Below, in pieces: positions 24,155 to 35,370 of a stretch of 64,000 nt of DNA. Each line of letters opens with the position of its first letter. Positions within the stretch are counted from its first letter, which is position 1. Both the position numbers and the translations under genes were made by a program. Under the pieces are notes generated by a model. The model saw only the letters and a program-made list of their open reading frames with translations, was not told the DNA's origin and ran no database searches. This stretch comes from Squalus acanthias (taxonomy: Eukaryota): NCBI GenBank assembly GCA_030390025.1, contig CM059432.1:138572001-138636000 (forward strand), given 5' to 3'.

Positions 24155-24918
24155 GGGCCAGAAATTCGGCTTTCCGGCTTCCCGCGGGTGCAAGGATCAC
24201 GCACGTACTTGCCTACCGCGCCTGCTGTTGTGCTTTGGGCCCACGAGGACTTCGGCTCCTGGGCCTCCTGCAGCTGCCGGCGCGCAGTGCTTGCGTACCC
24301 CAGGGACGCAGTTAGTTCGAAGCGTCCCCTGGGATCACGTGGGCCATGGAGAGCCAATTTTGGAGAGGGCATTTTCATTCATAAATTTGACAGGAAGACC
24401 TGTCAAATCTATGAATAGAGATCGGCCCCAAAACCACACTTAAACTTCAAATAAATTTTTTAAAAAACATCACATTTTTAAAATAACTATAAGTTACATA
24501 AATTAACTACTTTAAACAAAAATTTTAATTTTTAAAAAATTAATTATACTTTTTAACGGTGCGAAAAATAAACTTACCTTTCTTTAAAGTATCTAAAAAA
24601 GATAAACCTGTTGAAAAAATATTTAAATTGTAATTAATTAACCACTTACCTTGTTAAAAACAGGCCTTGCGCCTCCTTTTTAAAAGTGCAGCTTCTCCAT
24701 ATTTACCTTCCCGGAGAAACCTGAAAAAAAAACGAAGTTCGCTGTGTGCGCGCAGCCTCTCCCGCGCACGCGGTTCACCTCTGAACCCCTCCCTTCAGGG
24801 GAACGGAAGTTCCGGTTTCCCGCGCATGCGCAGTGCATGCAGGAAACTGGCACTTCAGGTGGCCTTACGGGTGAGTACACAGCGCGTACTCACCCGACAA
24901 CAGCCGAATTTCTGGCCC
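24155..24918. mobile_element. Harbinger-type MITE
   Basis: Perfect 17-bp TIRs gggccagaaattcggct / agccgaatttctggccc; 3-bp TSD AAT on both sides. Confidence 0.9.
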
Positions 24919-25253
24919 AATGTGTAGGACTTGCTGGCTGTAAACCATGGTTCTATCAGTGTCAAGATGTCAATCGAAAATAAGGTTGTAAATGGATAGC
25001 ATAAATATCATACAGACCATAATATACAATGTAACCCAGTGTAATACAATATGCACTGTCGCACTACATGGCACTTAATCTAATGTAACGTAACATATGA
25101 CACTGCATAATATATATTTATGTAGCCAATAGATTATATACACCTTAATACATACCTCATACCTTAATCTCATATTTACCACATTATAATAAGAAATATA
25201 AAAGTGAAACTAATAGGATAAAGCATGTAGTAAAATACAATGTAACAGACAAT

Positions 25254-27481
25254 GGCCTAGAAATTGGCTCACTTACCGCTACGACTTTTCACCACGATCC
25301 AGTCTAAAAATGGCAGCCGCCACGCAAGCGCCCTTCTCTGGTGCAGGACTTGGCAGCCGTTATTTTGGTGAGGGCCTTAGCGTTGCCGATAGCAGCGCTG
25401 GCCCTGGAGATGTAAATTAAGAGAGGGTGACATCACGCCGACTTAACGTCACCTCAGCGAACTTCGACCTCAGCGCTGGGTTCAGCGCTGGGTCCTAAGC
25501 TCGCCATGAAACCCCAGCATTGAGCAGACTCACGGTGACGCTGTCAGCACCTCTTAAAGGGACACACACATCTTTCAGGTAAGTTTGCATTTAAGCTTTT
25601 GGACTGGATTTTTTTTATTTTATTGAAGTAGTGGCTTGCTGCAATAGATGTTAACAGTTTTTTAAGTGTGCAGGGAGTGCCGCTGGACGCTTGCAAAGGC
25701 CTCGGATGGTAAAGGAAGGCCGTAAAGGAAGGCCTCTGAGAAGACAGAAAATGCTGAAATACTCAGCAGGTCAGGCAGCATCCATGGAGAGAGAAACAGA
25801 GTTCACGTCTCAGGTCGAGAAGCTGCCTGACCTGCTGAGTATTTTCAGCATTTTACGCTTTTATTTCAGATTTACAGCATCCGCTCGCAGAGGGAAGAGG
25901 AAGACGCAGAAGAGGAAGAAGCAGAAGAGGAAGATGCAGAAGGAAGGATGCAACCCAGACAGCCCCTTTCTGGCTGGGAGATCTGGGATGGAATCATCCG
26001 CCTGCAGTACCAGTGACCACAACCCCAATTCCCTTTTCAACATTCGTCCCACACCTTACCTTCTCTCTGTTACTGACCATCACAGGGTCCTCTTGGCCAC
26101 AATGCTGAAATAAAAGCCACCACAAAGCAAACTTTCCAATCCAACTTTATACATCTATCCATCCAATATGACATCAAGAAATCAACTCATCATCCTTATA
26201 CATTCTCTTAGTGACTGTCTTGTGTGTGCCTTTGCCTATCCTACTGATGTCACGCAGTGCTACCCCAGTGGCTGCAGCATGGCTGGTGGAAGGTTGCTGA
26301 CTTTCAGTGGGGGACACTGCAAATGGTCTTGCTCGTCGACCTTGAGGAGCTGGTGGCTGGGAGTGTCAAATCGAGTGACAGTGTTGTTGTTTCTTCTTTT
26401 TCTTTTTCTTCTTCTCTCTCAACCACTGGGTGGGCAGGTTGCATTTCTTGGGTGTGTGAAATGAAGAAAACACAAGGGTGCAGTTGTACCGAGGGGAGGG
26501 CATGAAAGCAAGAGGGGCATGCAAGAATGAGGATAACGTATGAGGATACCCATCTTGTATCCTTTCAGCCCCGCCACTGGCCAAGGGCTCAGCCATGCCC
26601 CTACCAAGAATGGCCAGCACCGTCTCCTCCAAGGGGGTGAGGTGAAGCTAGGCATGGGAGGTGTGCCTCATGTTAGGTACAGATTGTTGGTCGGTGAGTG
26701 ATGGGGGGGGGAGGGAGTTGTGCATTGAGCAGTGTGTAAGGCTAGTGGTGCAGTTGATAGGAGTCAGCTTTTGAAGATGCATTCACTGACCTCGACCACT
26801 GGTCTGAGGTCATGAAGCTTCTTTGGGCACTGGAGCCAGGTGGTGGGGGCGACACTGCTGGCAGTGATGGCCTCGGTGATCTGGTCCCACATCATTCTTT
26901 CTGGAGGGGCCTCCTGGCCCTGTGTGGGTAGAGGACCTCTCTTGCAGTGTTGACCCCCCTGCACAAAGCTGGAGTGCTGCGTGCGAGACCCTGGGTGCCC
27001 CTTCCCTGGCTTGCTGAGCCATTTGCGTTAGCGCTGAGGCAATTTCCCCATTTTTTTTTTAGGTGCGGAAGGGAATTCAGCTTTAAGAGCTGAAGACTCT
27101 CATTCGGGAATTTTTTTAACGTTAATTTTTTTTTTTCGGAAGGCAGTTGCGCTGTAAGGGCTAAAAACTGCCTATTTTTTGTACAGCATTTTAATTTTTT
27201 TAATTTCAGAAAGCATTGCCCCTTTAAGAATGCTTTCTGAAATCACAGCCTCGCTTTCAGAGAGTCTGTTCTAGCTGCAACGACACTTGTGCCACACTAC
27301 ATTGGAGCCCCCTGCCGGGACCAACGCCACCAGGACGCTGTTCCACCGTGAGTTAAGCGCTGGGCTAATGATAATTAGTCCCCGGTGCCAATTTTTCGGT
27401 CCTGCCAGTGCCACCATTTTCGGCGCCCGTTAACCCCTGGTGGGACCGGCTGCTTTTGTGGCGGCCACGAATTTCTAGGTC
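25254..27481. mobile_element. Internally deleted Harbinger-like transposon
   Basis: TIRs ggcctagaaatt / aatttctaggtc (11/12); TSD AAT. Minus-strand Myb-like pseudo-exon, plus-strand acidic transposase tail (about 25885-25990), and a nested Penelope-like hairpin at 25740-25884. Confidence 0.8.
26790..27022 (-). pseudogene. Frameshifted Myb/SANT-like exon of a Harbinger element
   Basis: MAQQAREGAPRVSHAAL... and ...MMWDQITEAITASSVAPTTWLQCPKKLHDLRPVVE in different frames, followed by a gtcagt donor. Confidence 0.7.
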
Positions 27482-27579
27482 AATGTAACTTAATATAAAA
27501 ATATATGCATATAATGCAACGTTACACCCCAATATTCCATTTTATCTCGTGGTAACAACGTAGCGTAATGTATACCACC

Positions 27580-27860
27580 ACAACAGCTCGCATTTATATC
27601 GCGCCTTTAACGTAATAACATGTCCCAAGGCACTTCACAGAAGCGTTATCAGGCGAAACCGAGCCACATAAAAAGATATTAGGACAGGTGACCAAAAACA
27701 TGGCCAAAGAGGTAGGATTTTAAGGAGCGACTTAGAGGAGGTGGAGAGGAGGAGAGGTTAAGGAGGGAATTCCAGAGCTTAGGGCCAAGGCAGCTGAAGG
27801 CACGGCCACCAATGGTGGAGCGATGAAAAATAGGGGATGCTCAAGAGGCCAGAATTGGAG
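27580..27860 (-). mobile_element. L2 3' fragment
   Basis: Same L2 3' UTR as the other copies. Confidence 0.8.
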
Positions 27861-28040
27861 AATAGCATAACATGTAACCCAATGTAGCATAACATGATAA
27901 GTTAGCACTCAAACTATAATACAGTATAACAGATACACATGTATATAACCATTGTTCAAAGTGTAATTGTAATTACCCCAATTTTAATATGCACTCAGAG
28001 AATTTATGGTATTCATTGAAAATCTTAAATAACTGATAGT

Positions 28041-28062
28041 TTTATCTTTCTGTTTGTTCTAG
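28041..28062 (+). promoter_or_regulatory. 3' splice acceptor of the PTGR3 terminal exon (phase 2)
   Basis: tttatctttctgtttgttctAG immediately precedes A-TTT-GTT-GGC-ATC-AAT, where homology to PTGR3 begins. Confidence 0.85.
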
Positions 28063-28987
28063 ATTTGTTGGCATCAATGCATCGGACATCAACTACACTG
28101 CCGGCCGATACGATACTTCCCTTCAACCTCCGTTTGACGTTGGCTTTGAAGGGATCGGGGAAGTGGTAGCCCTGGGTTCGAGTGCCAGTGCCAACTATTG
28201 TGTGGGCCAACCTGTGGTCTATATGAAAGAAGGCGCTTTTGCTGAATACGTGATTGTGCCGACCAAGAGAGCCATCCCGGTGCCATCCATCAAGCCCCAG
28301 TTTCTTACACTGCCCCTCAGCGGCGCAACGGCTTGCATTAGCCTCCAGGAGCTCGGCGAACTCTCCGAGGGCCAGAAGGTTTTGGTGACGGCAGCTGCCG
28401 GCGGCACTGGCCAGTTTGCCGTCCAACTAGCCAAGGCAGCTGGTTGCCACGTGATTGGCACCTGCTCTTCGGAGGAGAAGGTTCGCTTCCTGAAATCAAT
28501 AGGCTGCGACCGCCCCGTTAACTACAAATCCGAGGACACCGCTGCTGTTCTTCGAAAGGAGTACCCAGAAGGGATGGACGTGGTTTATGAATCGGTGGGA
28601 GGGGACATGTTCAAACTGGCCGTCAACCACCTGGCTGTCAAGGGACGCCTTCTTGTCATTGGCTTAGTCTCGTCCTATCAAAACTCCTTTGGATTGAGGG
28701 ACCCGAGTGTGGGCAACCTGCCACTAAAGTTACTCCAGAAGTCCGCCAGTGTCCGTGGGTTCTTCCTGCCCCATTACAACTCGCACTATCAAGCCAGTAT
28801 GAGGCGCTTGTTGCACATGTACGAGAAAGGTGAACTGGCGTGCGAGATCGATCAGGGAGACCAGGCTCCCGAGGGCAAATTTATAGGGTTGGAGTCTATT
28901 TACCGTGCTGTTGATTACCTTTACTTAGGAAAGAATATTGGAAAGATTGTGGTCGAGTTACCTCAGCCGGTGAGCGCAAACATGTAA
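28063..28987 (+). CDS. PTGR3: Prostaglandin reductase 3 (ZADH2), terminal coding exon; zinc-independent MDR/quinone-oxidoreductase family
   Basis: Polypyrimidine tract plus AG (ttttatctttctgtttgttctag) ends at 28062. The frame then reads (R)[38 protein letters not shown]...[20 protein letters not shown]...[14 protein letters not shown]...[19 protein letters not shown], which I recognise as co-linear with vertebrate ZADH2/PTGR3. AAAGGTG nucleotide-binding motif present; no internal stops. The ORF-track start at 28163 is an internal GTG. Exon 1 not located. Confidence 0.95.
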
Positions 28988-30300
28988 TAAAATGTTAATG
29001 TACGAGTAGTGTATTCCAAAAATAGGGGCAGAGGCTTAATTAGCATAAAGGGCCTTTCATAGTTCGGGAAGGATACACTTACAGGGCCAGGGGTTTATCC
29101 AGCAAATGGTAGATGTTTAAACATCTGGCTCTTCACAAATTATAAACTCTTGGCTTATAACACTTTCAAGGATTCTTTAAACACATTCATCTGTTATCCA
29201 TCCATTATTTTAATCATGTCTGCTTCTACAAAAAAAAAATGAAGAACAACAATTAATGAAACCTCCTGCGGAAAGTACAACAGAGGGCCTTTTTCTGAGA
29301 TTTGATAATGCACAGCAACAGCTCAATTTGAACCTCAGTTCTCGCTGATAGAGTGGGAAGATAAATCAGCCGCGTTATTGCATTGAAAGTGTTCATGCAG
29401 TTTTGGTAAAGTGGATTTATGACGGCATAATGTGAATAAAAGAGTGAAGTACATCACAGTGAAATTTGACAAAAAGGGAAAGCTATGTGTGTGAATCTCT
29501 GTTGTGCTTTTAAATTAGCTCCATTTTTACTGATTTCATACACACTTCTGCAGGAAAATATCCATACATACAGTACATCTGGGTCATTGTGCGCACATAT
29601 ATAATGTGCAATGTAAGTTAGCGGGAAAATTTGAATTCATAATTTTTGTTTGTAAAGCACAATCTATGCAATGCTACATTATTTGGGCAGAAATCTATTA
29701 CGGTGGTGGCTGAAATATCAAATAATTAAATGATGAGCTAGCAACATTTTTAATGATCAATTAATTCCTAGCGGGTCGATCCACTTAAGGGTCCGCCTAC
29801 CAAAGAGAGGCTAACTAAAATTGGTAAGACGTATTTCTCTCATTGAGCGGGCTAGTGTAGCTAGCTGCTAACTTTGATGCGCGACAAAGCAATTTATATG
29901 GTAAATTGTACCAAATAATGGTTCTAGTGAGTGTTATGGCTGCGCTGAAAGGAAATGTCACGGTAAATAGCTGCCAAATTATGGACTGTGCTGTAGTGTC
30001 ACAACTGCGCTAGAGACAAATAGCACAACAGGCTACTGCCAGCACCCAGCATGACACCAATGAGTTATAGAGAAGAGGAGCAGCGTGATGTGATGCTCTT
30101 TGTACTCTTATTATAAAGGAGGGTTACTGTTTGGGCCTGATATACAAAGCAGATATGTGCGACATGGAAGCTGGAGTCGTTTCGATGTTCTGCTGTGTGG
30201 CGTCTGAAGCAACATAGCTACTAAATAGTCCATCATGGGGTTTCAGTATGCAGAATACATTTGTTGAATAAAATATATGTCTCTGGGTTAGCTACACTTT
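28988..30300 (+). other. Probable PTGR3 3' UTR with candidate polyadenylation signals
   Basis: Repeat-poor region after the double stop TAA TAA. AATAAA at 28986-28991, 29435-29440 and 30267-30272 (another at 30882-30887). The site used cannot be determined from sequence. Confidence 0.45.
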
Positions 30301-30629
30301 TACATCTTTATCTTTTTAAAAAAAAAATAGAATGCCATCGATTTTACTTAAAAGGGCACTACCGCTACGCCTGGAGAGGACGAACAGCCACACATAAGTA
30401 TTCATCGCGATCACGTCGTTTGAAAAGATGCATTGACATTTTTGTGATACAACGACGTGCTTTAATGCGATTTACATCCTTGCACGGCAATATTTTTGCA
30501 AACGCGAATAGCTTAGCCAAACTTAAAAGACAAATGGGGCTGAACATCCGCATCCTTCCGGGGCGTTTCCCCTTTCAGCAGGAGAGCGCTGGAAAGGTTC
30601 GGAAAATAGGCTGGGTCCCATGTGTGGGT

Positions 30630-30790
30630 TGCTGTTGCTGTTTGTGGGAGCTTGCTGTGCGCAAATTGGCTGCCGCGTTTCCTACATTACAACGGTGACC
30701 ACGCTTCAAAAAGTACTTCATTGGCTGCGAAGCGCTTCGCGACATCCGGTGGTCGTGAAAGACGTTGTATAAAATGCAAGTGCTTTCTTT
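30630..30790 (+). mobile_element. DeuSINE 3' fragment
   Basis: gctgtttgtgggagcttgctgtgcgcaaattggctgccgcg...tataaaatgcaag. Confidence 0.8.
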
Positions 30791-31321
30791 CCCTGTCTGG
30801 TTTGTGGTACAGCACCTGGTTTGAAATGTTGCAATTTTATTTTGGTTCTTCTTTAGCTGTTAGTTTAACAACATAAAAATGAATAAAGCATGTTCATTAA
30901 TATTAAGAGCGTTATGTTTGCTTTCTGCCCGATTTGTGAGGTGAAAGCTCGACCCCTGACCTTTCCCCCTCCCCCCCCCCCCACTCAGTTGTTGATAGGT
31001 AGGTTGATAAGCGTACAATTTGCACACACGCCCGAGATATACCATTTCCACCCCCCGCCACTCCGAGTTATTTGCATTAAAAAAGTTAAGACCGGAAGCT
31101 CAAGAAGTACAGAAACACAGCTTCAGATTTTTATTTTAATCCGCTGGGAGTGTTATCGACAGATAGCATCTGTGGAGAGAGAAACAGAGTTGCTTCCCTG
31201 CAGATTGGCTCCAGGATCTTGTTTCCTGAGTCAATTCAGGGTTGGTATCAGATGTGCTGAAGGGCTTTCTTTAGTCGAAAACTCCTGATTCTCTCCTGTG
31301 GGGGTGGAGTTTTAAGCATAT

Positions 31322-31513
31322 GGGGGTAGATATTCGTCCCGGGCGGTGGCGATAAACGGGCAGTGTGTCGCATTGGGGCCGCCCGTTATACACGGCACCT
31401 GACAGTCAGTTCTATTGCGGTCAACGGAACTGAACGTCAGGCACTGCGAATAACGGGCGGCCGATTCAATGCCGCCCGTTTATCGCCACCGCCCCAAGAC
31501 GAATTTCCAGGCC
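31322..31513. mobile_element. About 190-bp palindromic MITE
   Basis: Nested inverted repeats across the whole length, e.g. gggcggtggcgataaacgggc / gcccgtttatcgccaccgccc and ggccgcccgttat / ataacgggcggcc. Confidence 0.7.
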
Positions 31514-32221
31514 GTGGACCACACACAATAGATCCACGGGTGATGTGCTTTCGACTGTCAGTCATGTTCAAAATTCAAAATTCAAAAACAAATGGACAGA
31601 AACATTAAGGGAGGCTTTGGTGTTCCTTGCTTTTAATTTTTCACAAATGAAAAAGCATTTTTGGCAGTCAACAAACGCGCAAGTTCCAAAAGACATTCAG
31701 TACTCAGAAGGGTTAATCTGCGTCGTTTCATTTCAGTGGTGTGAAAGGTTGCTGCACCAAATGCATTGAGGGGTAATAATGCATTTGCTTTTGTCAAGTA
31801 AAAACAAATTGTGTGATAGATGTCTGTTTTTTGGAAATAATTTTGTTTAACATAGAGGAATGAAAAATTAATAGTTCATAGATAAAACCTGCTTTGGGTA
31901 ACCTGCCCTGGTCAGTTTTTAAATGCCCTGACAGTAAAAAGGAAAACTCATTGTGAGGTGGCGGGGGGGGGGGTGGGGGGGGTGGGGGGGGCAAGTGTAT
32001 TATTTCGATTTAGAACTCGTGCACTTTTTCCTACTGCCCATGCCAGTGAGAGCGAGAGAAAACAAAACAGTGGGAACAAAAGCATTTTTAGTGTTAACTT
32101 AAGGCAAATGCTGGTGTTCTCGAACAAATATAATTTGTTCCTGTGAAAACCACAAATGTATCGAGAGGTCAGATTTTCACTTGCAATATGGATGTCACAT
32201 GTTGCCAATGGCTGAGACAAA

Positions 32222-34001
32222 GGGCTGGATTTTTGCGGGGGGTCAGTTGGCGCGATTGGTGGCGGGTCGGGTGGGAAAGTGTTTTTTTCCCCCAGCGGGT
32301 CGGGACCCCACTGTGAACCCGCCGCCATGCGCCTTTCCCCGATGTCGGGTCTGTCAGCGCTGAGCAGACCCGACACGCAGCAGTGGGTTCACAGCGGGGG
32401 GACCCAATTCTGGTCATTTACTGGCTTGTTTAAAGCCACTTAGGAATGAATTTCAGCTCACCTTCTGCATTTGACATTTCGCCCACAGGTTTCACGCTGT
32501 TGCTACACCACGTCTGTCAAGCTGAGGCGGGAGTTCAGTGGTCATTGAATCAGCTGTTGAGTTGACGGCTTTAAATGTACAGTAAAAGCTCCCACCTTAC
32601 AGAGATAGCTTCCCTCAGCCACAAACTCTTCCTCACTGCATTTCCACAACAGGTTCACCATGCTGCAAGTCTTTACACAAGTCTCCATCCAATCTGACCT
32701 CATTACCTTTCTCACCATTGACAGATCGCTTCTGTGAGCTTTACTTCACCTGCCATCTATTCCATCAGCATGGGTGCCATTTATACTCTCTCACCTTGGT
32801 CCTCAGAATCCCACACGATTAGCCCCAATACCAGCAGCACCAGCAGCACCAACAACAACACCACCAACTTTCTCCGCAATCACCTGATGCTGCACAGGAC
32901 ACAGGGCATCAGCACGCGACCACATTGCTGCCCAGGAGGCCAGGGATGGCTTCACCATGGCCAGATTTACTTCACTTGACGCTGTACACCCTGGTTGCCA
33001 CATGATGCGCCAGGTTGGCACCACCCCACACCAACACCATAAAGCATCCCTACAATGTCCAAGCCATTCCTTTCACACTCATCACCATTGCGGGCGGTAC
33101 CGTTATGTCTCACCATCCACTGCAACTCACTAAGCCACTTCCAAAGGTGCACACAAATCTGTCCAAGAACGCAAAGTGTTGAAAATAAAGGTTTCAATGT
33201 TTGACACCACATTAACAGAAACTTTACATGAACATTGTATAAAACACCCAAGTGCCTACCCTTGTGTGTTGTTAGTTGGTATGATTGCACTCGGATGAGG
33301 GTGAGTGTGAGGGGTGGCTAGTGAGATGGGGAAGTGATAATGTAGATAGAGAGGGATGGGTGGAGGTGCAAGGTAAGTTGGTGTGAGTAAGGATGTGCAG
33401 GAGTATGGTAGGTAAGGCAGAGTGATGGGGATGTGATGAGAGGCACAGCAGGATGAGGTTGAGTGTGGCTTTGCAGTAACATTTCATGGTCTGCTAAGAT
33501 CATTGAAAGGCTTGCGGCACTGCAGCCTGGTTCTCTTGACAACATCCCTGCTTGTGTCCTCCTGTGCCATGTGCAACCAGGCTGTGTTGGTCTCCTGGGG
33601 AGGTCTCTTCCGCCCATGGGAAGGGAAGAGGACCTCCCTGCGTGCTGTGACTCCCTCCATAAGCATATGGAGGGAATCATGGGAGAACCTGGATGCAGCC
33701 CTGTGCCTTTACGCAGTGCTTGTCAGTGTTTGCAGTACCTCAATGCTGTGGAACACTGACAGCACAAAGGTCAAAATAAAGTTGGCCATGGTCCCTTTAA
33801 GGAAACCGGCTGATGACGCGTCATCAAATGACGTCACCAGACCTGTTTCCTCTAATTGGCCCGTGAAACGCACTGGGCGGGCTTAGCAAGCCCAATCAAG
33901 GGAAATTCATTTCAGAGGCTGGGATGGAGACAGCAGCGGGGTCGGGACCCGCCACCAACATCGCCTGCCACTGACCCGCCGAGGTCAGCAAAATCGCGGC
34001 C
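32222..34001. mobile_element. Internally deleted Harbinger-like transposon
   Basis: Imperfect TIRs gggctggatttttgc / gcaaaatcgcggcc with AAA on both flanks; minus-strand Myb-like exon homologous to that at 5826. Confidence 0.75.
33484..33710 (-). pseudogene. Myb/SANT-like exon of a Harbinger element with premature stop
   Basis: RAASRFSHDSLHMLMEGVTARREVLFPSHGRKRPPQETNTAWLHMAQEDTSRDVVKRTRLQCRKPFNDLSRP* aligns by eye with the 5826-6065 exon. Confidence 0.75.
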
Positions 34002-34107
34002 AAAGTGTAGCAGGATTTGCAACGTGTTTTAGCTAATGGTAGGAATAATCATTGTGCTGGAGTGTGGCGCTCCACTTATAATTCACACACCAGAGCTCGT
34101 ATTTATA

Positions 34108-34951
34108 GGGCTGGATTTTCAATGACCCGTGGAGTCGGGTTTGGAGGCGTGTGGGGGGTTAAAGTTGCAGATTCGGGGGTCCCGACCCCAGCCCGCCTCC
34201 AACCCGCCTCCATGCCAGTTTCGCTGGCGGCGGGTACCCGACCTGTGCTGAGACCTGACTCCCCGAGGCGGGAAGGGATTAGTGACAGTTATCTGCCTGT
34301 TAACAGGTAGTTAACAGGCAGTTTTTTGGATAATCCCCATTTTGACAGGTGAAATGTGGGCTTCCCGACAGGTGGCTACCACGCCAAGTTATCGGGGCGG
34401 ACCGTGGGTCTGCAGGGGTTGGAGGGGTCGATATGTCCGGTGGGCAGGTGAGTGATGAGTGCATGTGTGCAGAGGTAAGTGTGTAAGGTAAGTGCTAAGT
34501 GTGGGAAAAAGTTTTACTTACCTTAAATTCCTCCTGCAGGTGTCAGCCCTTCAGTTCTCGGGAGTCAGAAATCTCACCGGCACAGAAAGCAGGAAAGCCG
34601 TGGTTCTGTCAAAAACTGCAGCCTTCTGTTTTCTGTGGTGGAATGATTTCTAACTCAGCCTGAGAGGAAGGACTGAAGTTAGAAATCATATTGTCAGTGT
34701 TTGACCGCTTCACAGAGCTGTCAAACGCTGATATTTCATCTGTCAAAAGCTCTTGACAGATGAAATGTCAATCTGTGACGTCACCTGTTGCCGGGTGGCC
34801 CTTAATTGGCCTGCTGAGCCCACTGGGCGGGCTCAACAAGGTCAATCAAGGGAAAATACAGTGGGTTGGCCACATCTCGATGGAGGCAGGTTTACAAGCC
34901 AGAATGTGTGATTCACGACACCAACCCGACCCCAGTTTCAAAATCCAGCCC
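34108..34951. mobile_element. Harbinger-type MITE
   Basis: Perfect 12-bp TIRs gggctggatttt / aaaatccagccc; TSD ATA (34105-34107, 34952-34954). Confidence 0.88.
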
Positions 34952-34994
34952 ATAGTGTGTAATACTTTAAAGAAATATTTAATCAGCAAATAAA

Positions 34995-35370
34995 ATAAAA
35001 GCAACATACTGCGGATGGTGGAAATCTGAAATACAAACAGGAAAATGCTGGAAATACTCAGCAGGTCAGGCAGCATCTGTGGAGAGAGAAACAGAGTTAA
35101 TGTTTCAGGCTGATGACCTCTCATCAGAACTGGAAGATGTTAAAGATTTTAAGCAAGCACAGAGCCAGAGAAAAGATTTGGGGGTGGGGGGGGGGGGAGT
35201 TGTGCTGGGGGGAGGGTTGGAAGAACAATGGAAAAGATCTTTAAGAGGGTGGAAGGCAGGAGTGATTAAATGACAAAAGGGAAGATGGTGCACGGCAATA
35301 GGGAAGGTGGTGCTCTTATTAACATCTTCCAGTCCTGATGAAAGGTCATCGAACTGAAAGGTTAACTCTG
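34995..35370 (-). mobile_element. Penelope-like element end with inverted pseudo-LTR arrangement
   Basis: Matches the 3' end of 40931-41961 in reverse; 35095-35143 and 35319-35370 are inverted copies, each with a CTGATGA...GAAA core. Confidence 0.75.

Noticed and set aside
28163..28987. PTGR3 as an intronless gene or retrocopy starting at 28163
   Set aside because: Homology extends upstream in frame to a canonical acceptor at 28062, and the 28163 codon is an internal GTG.
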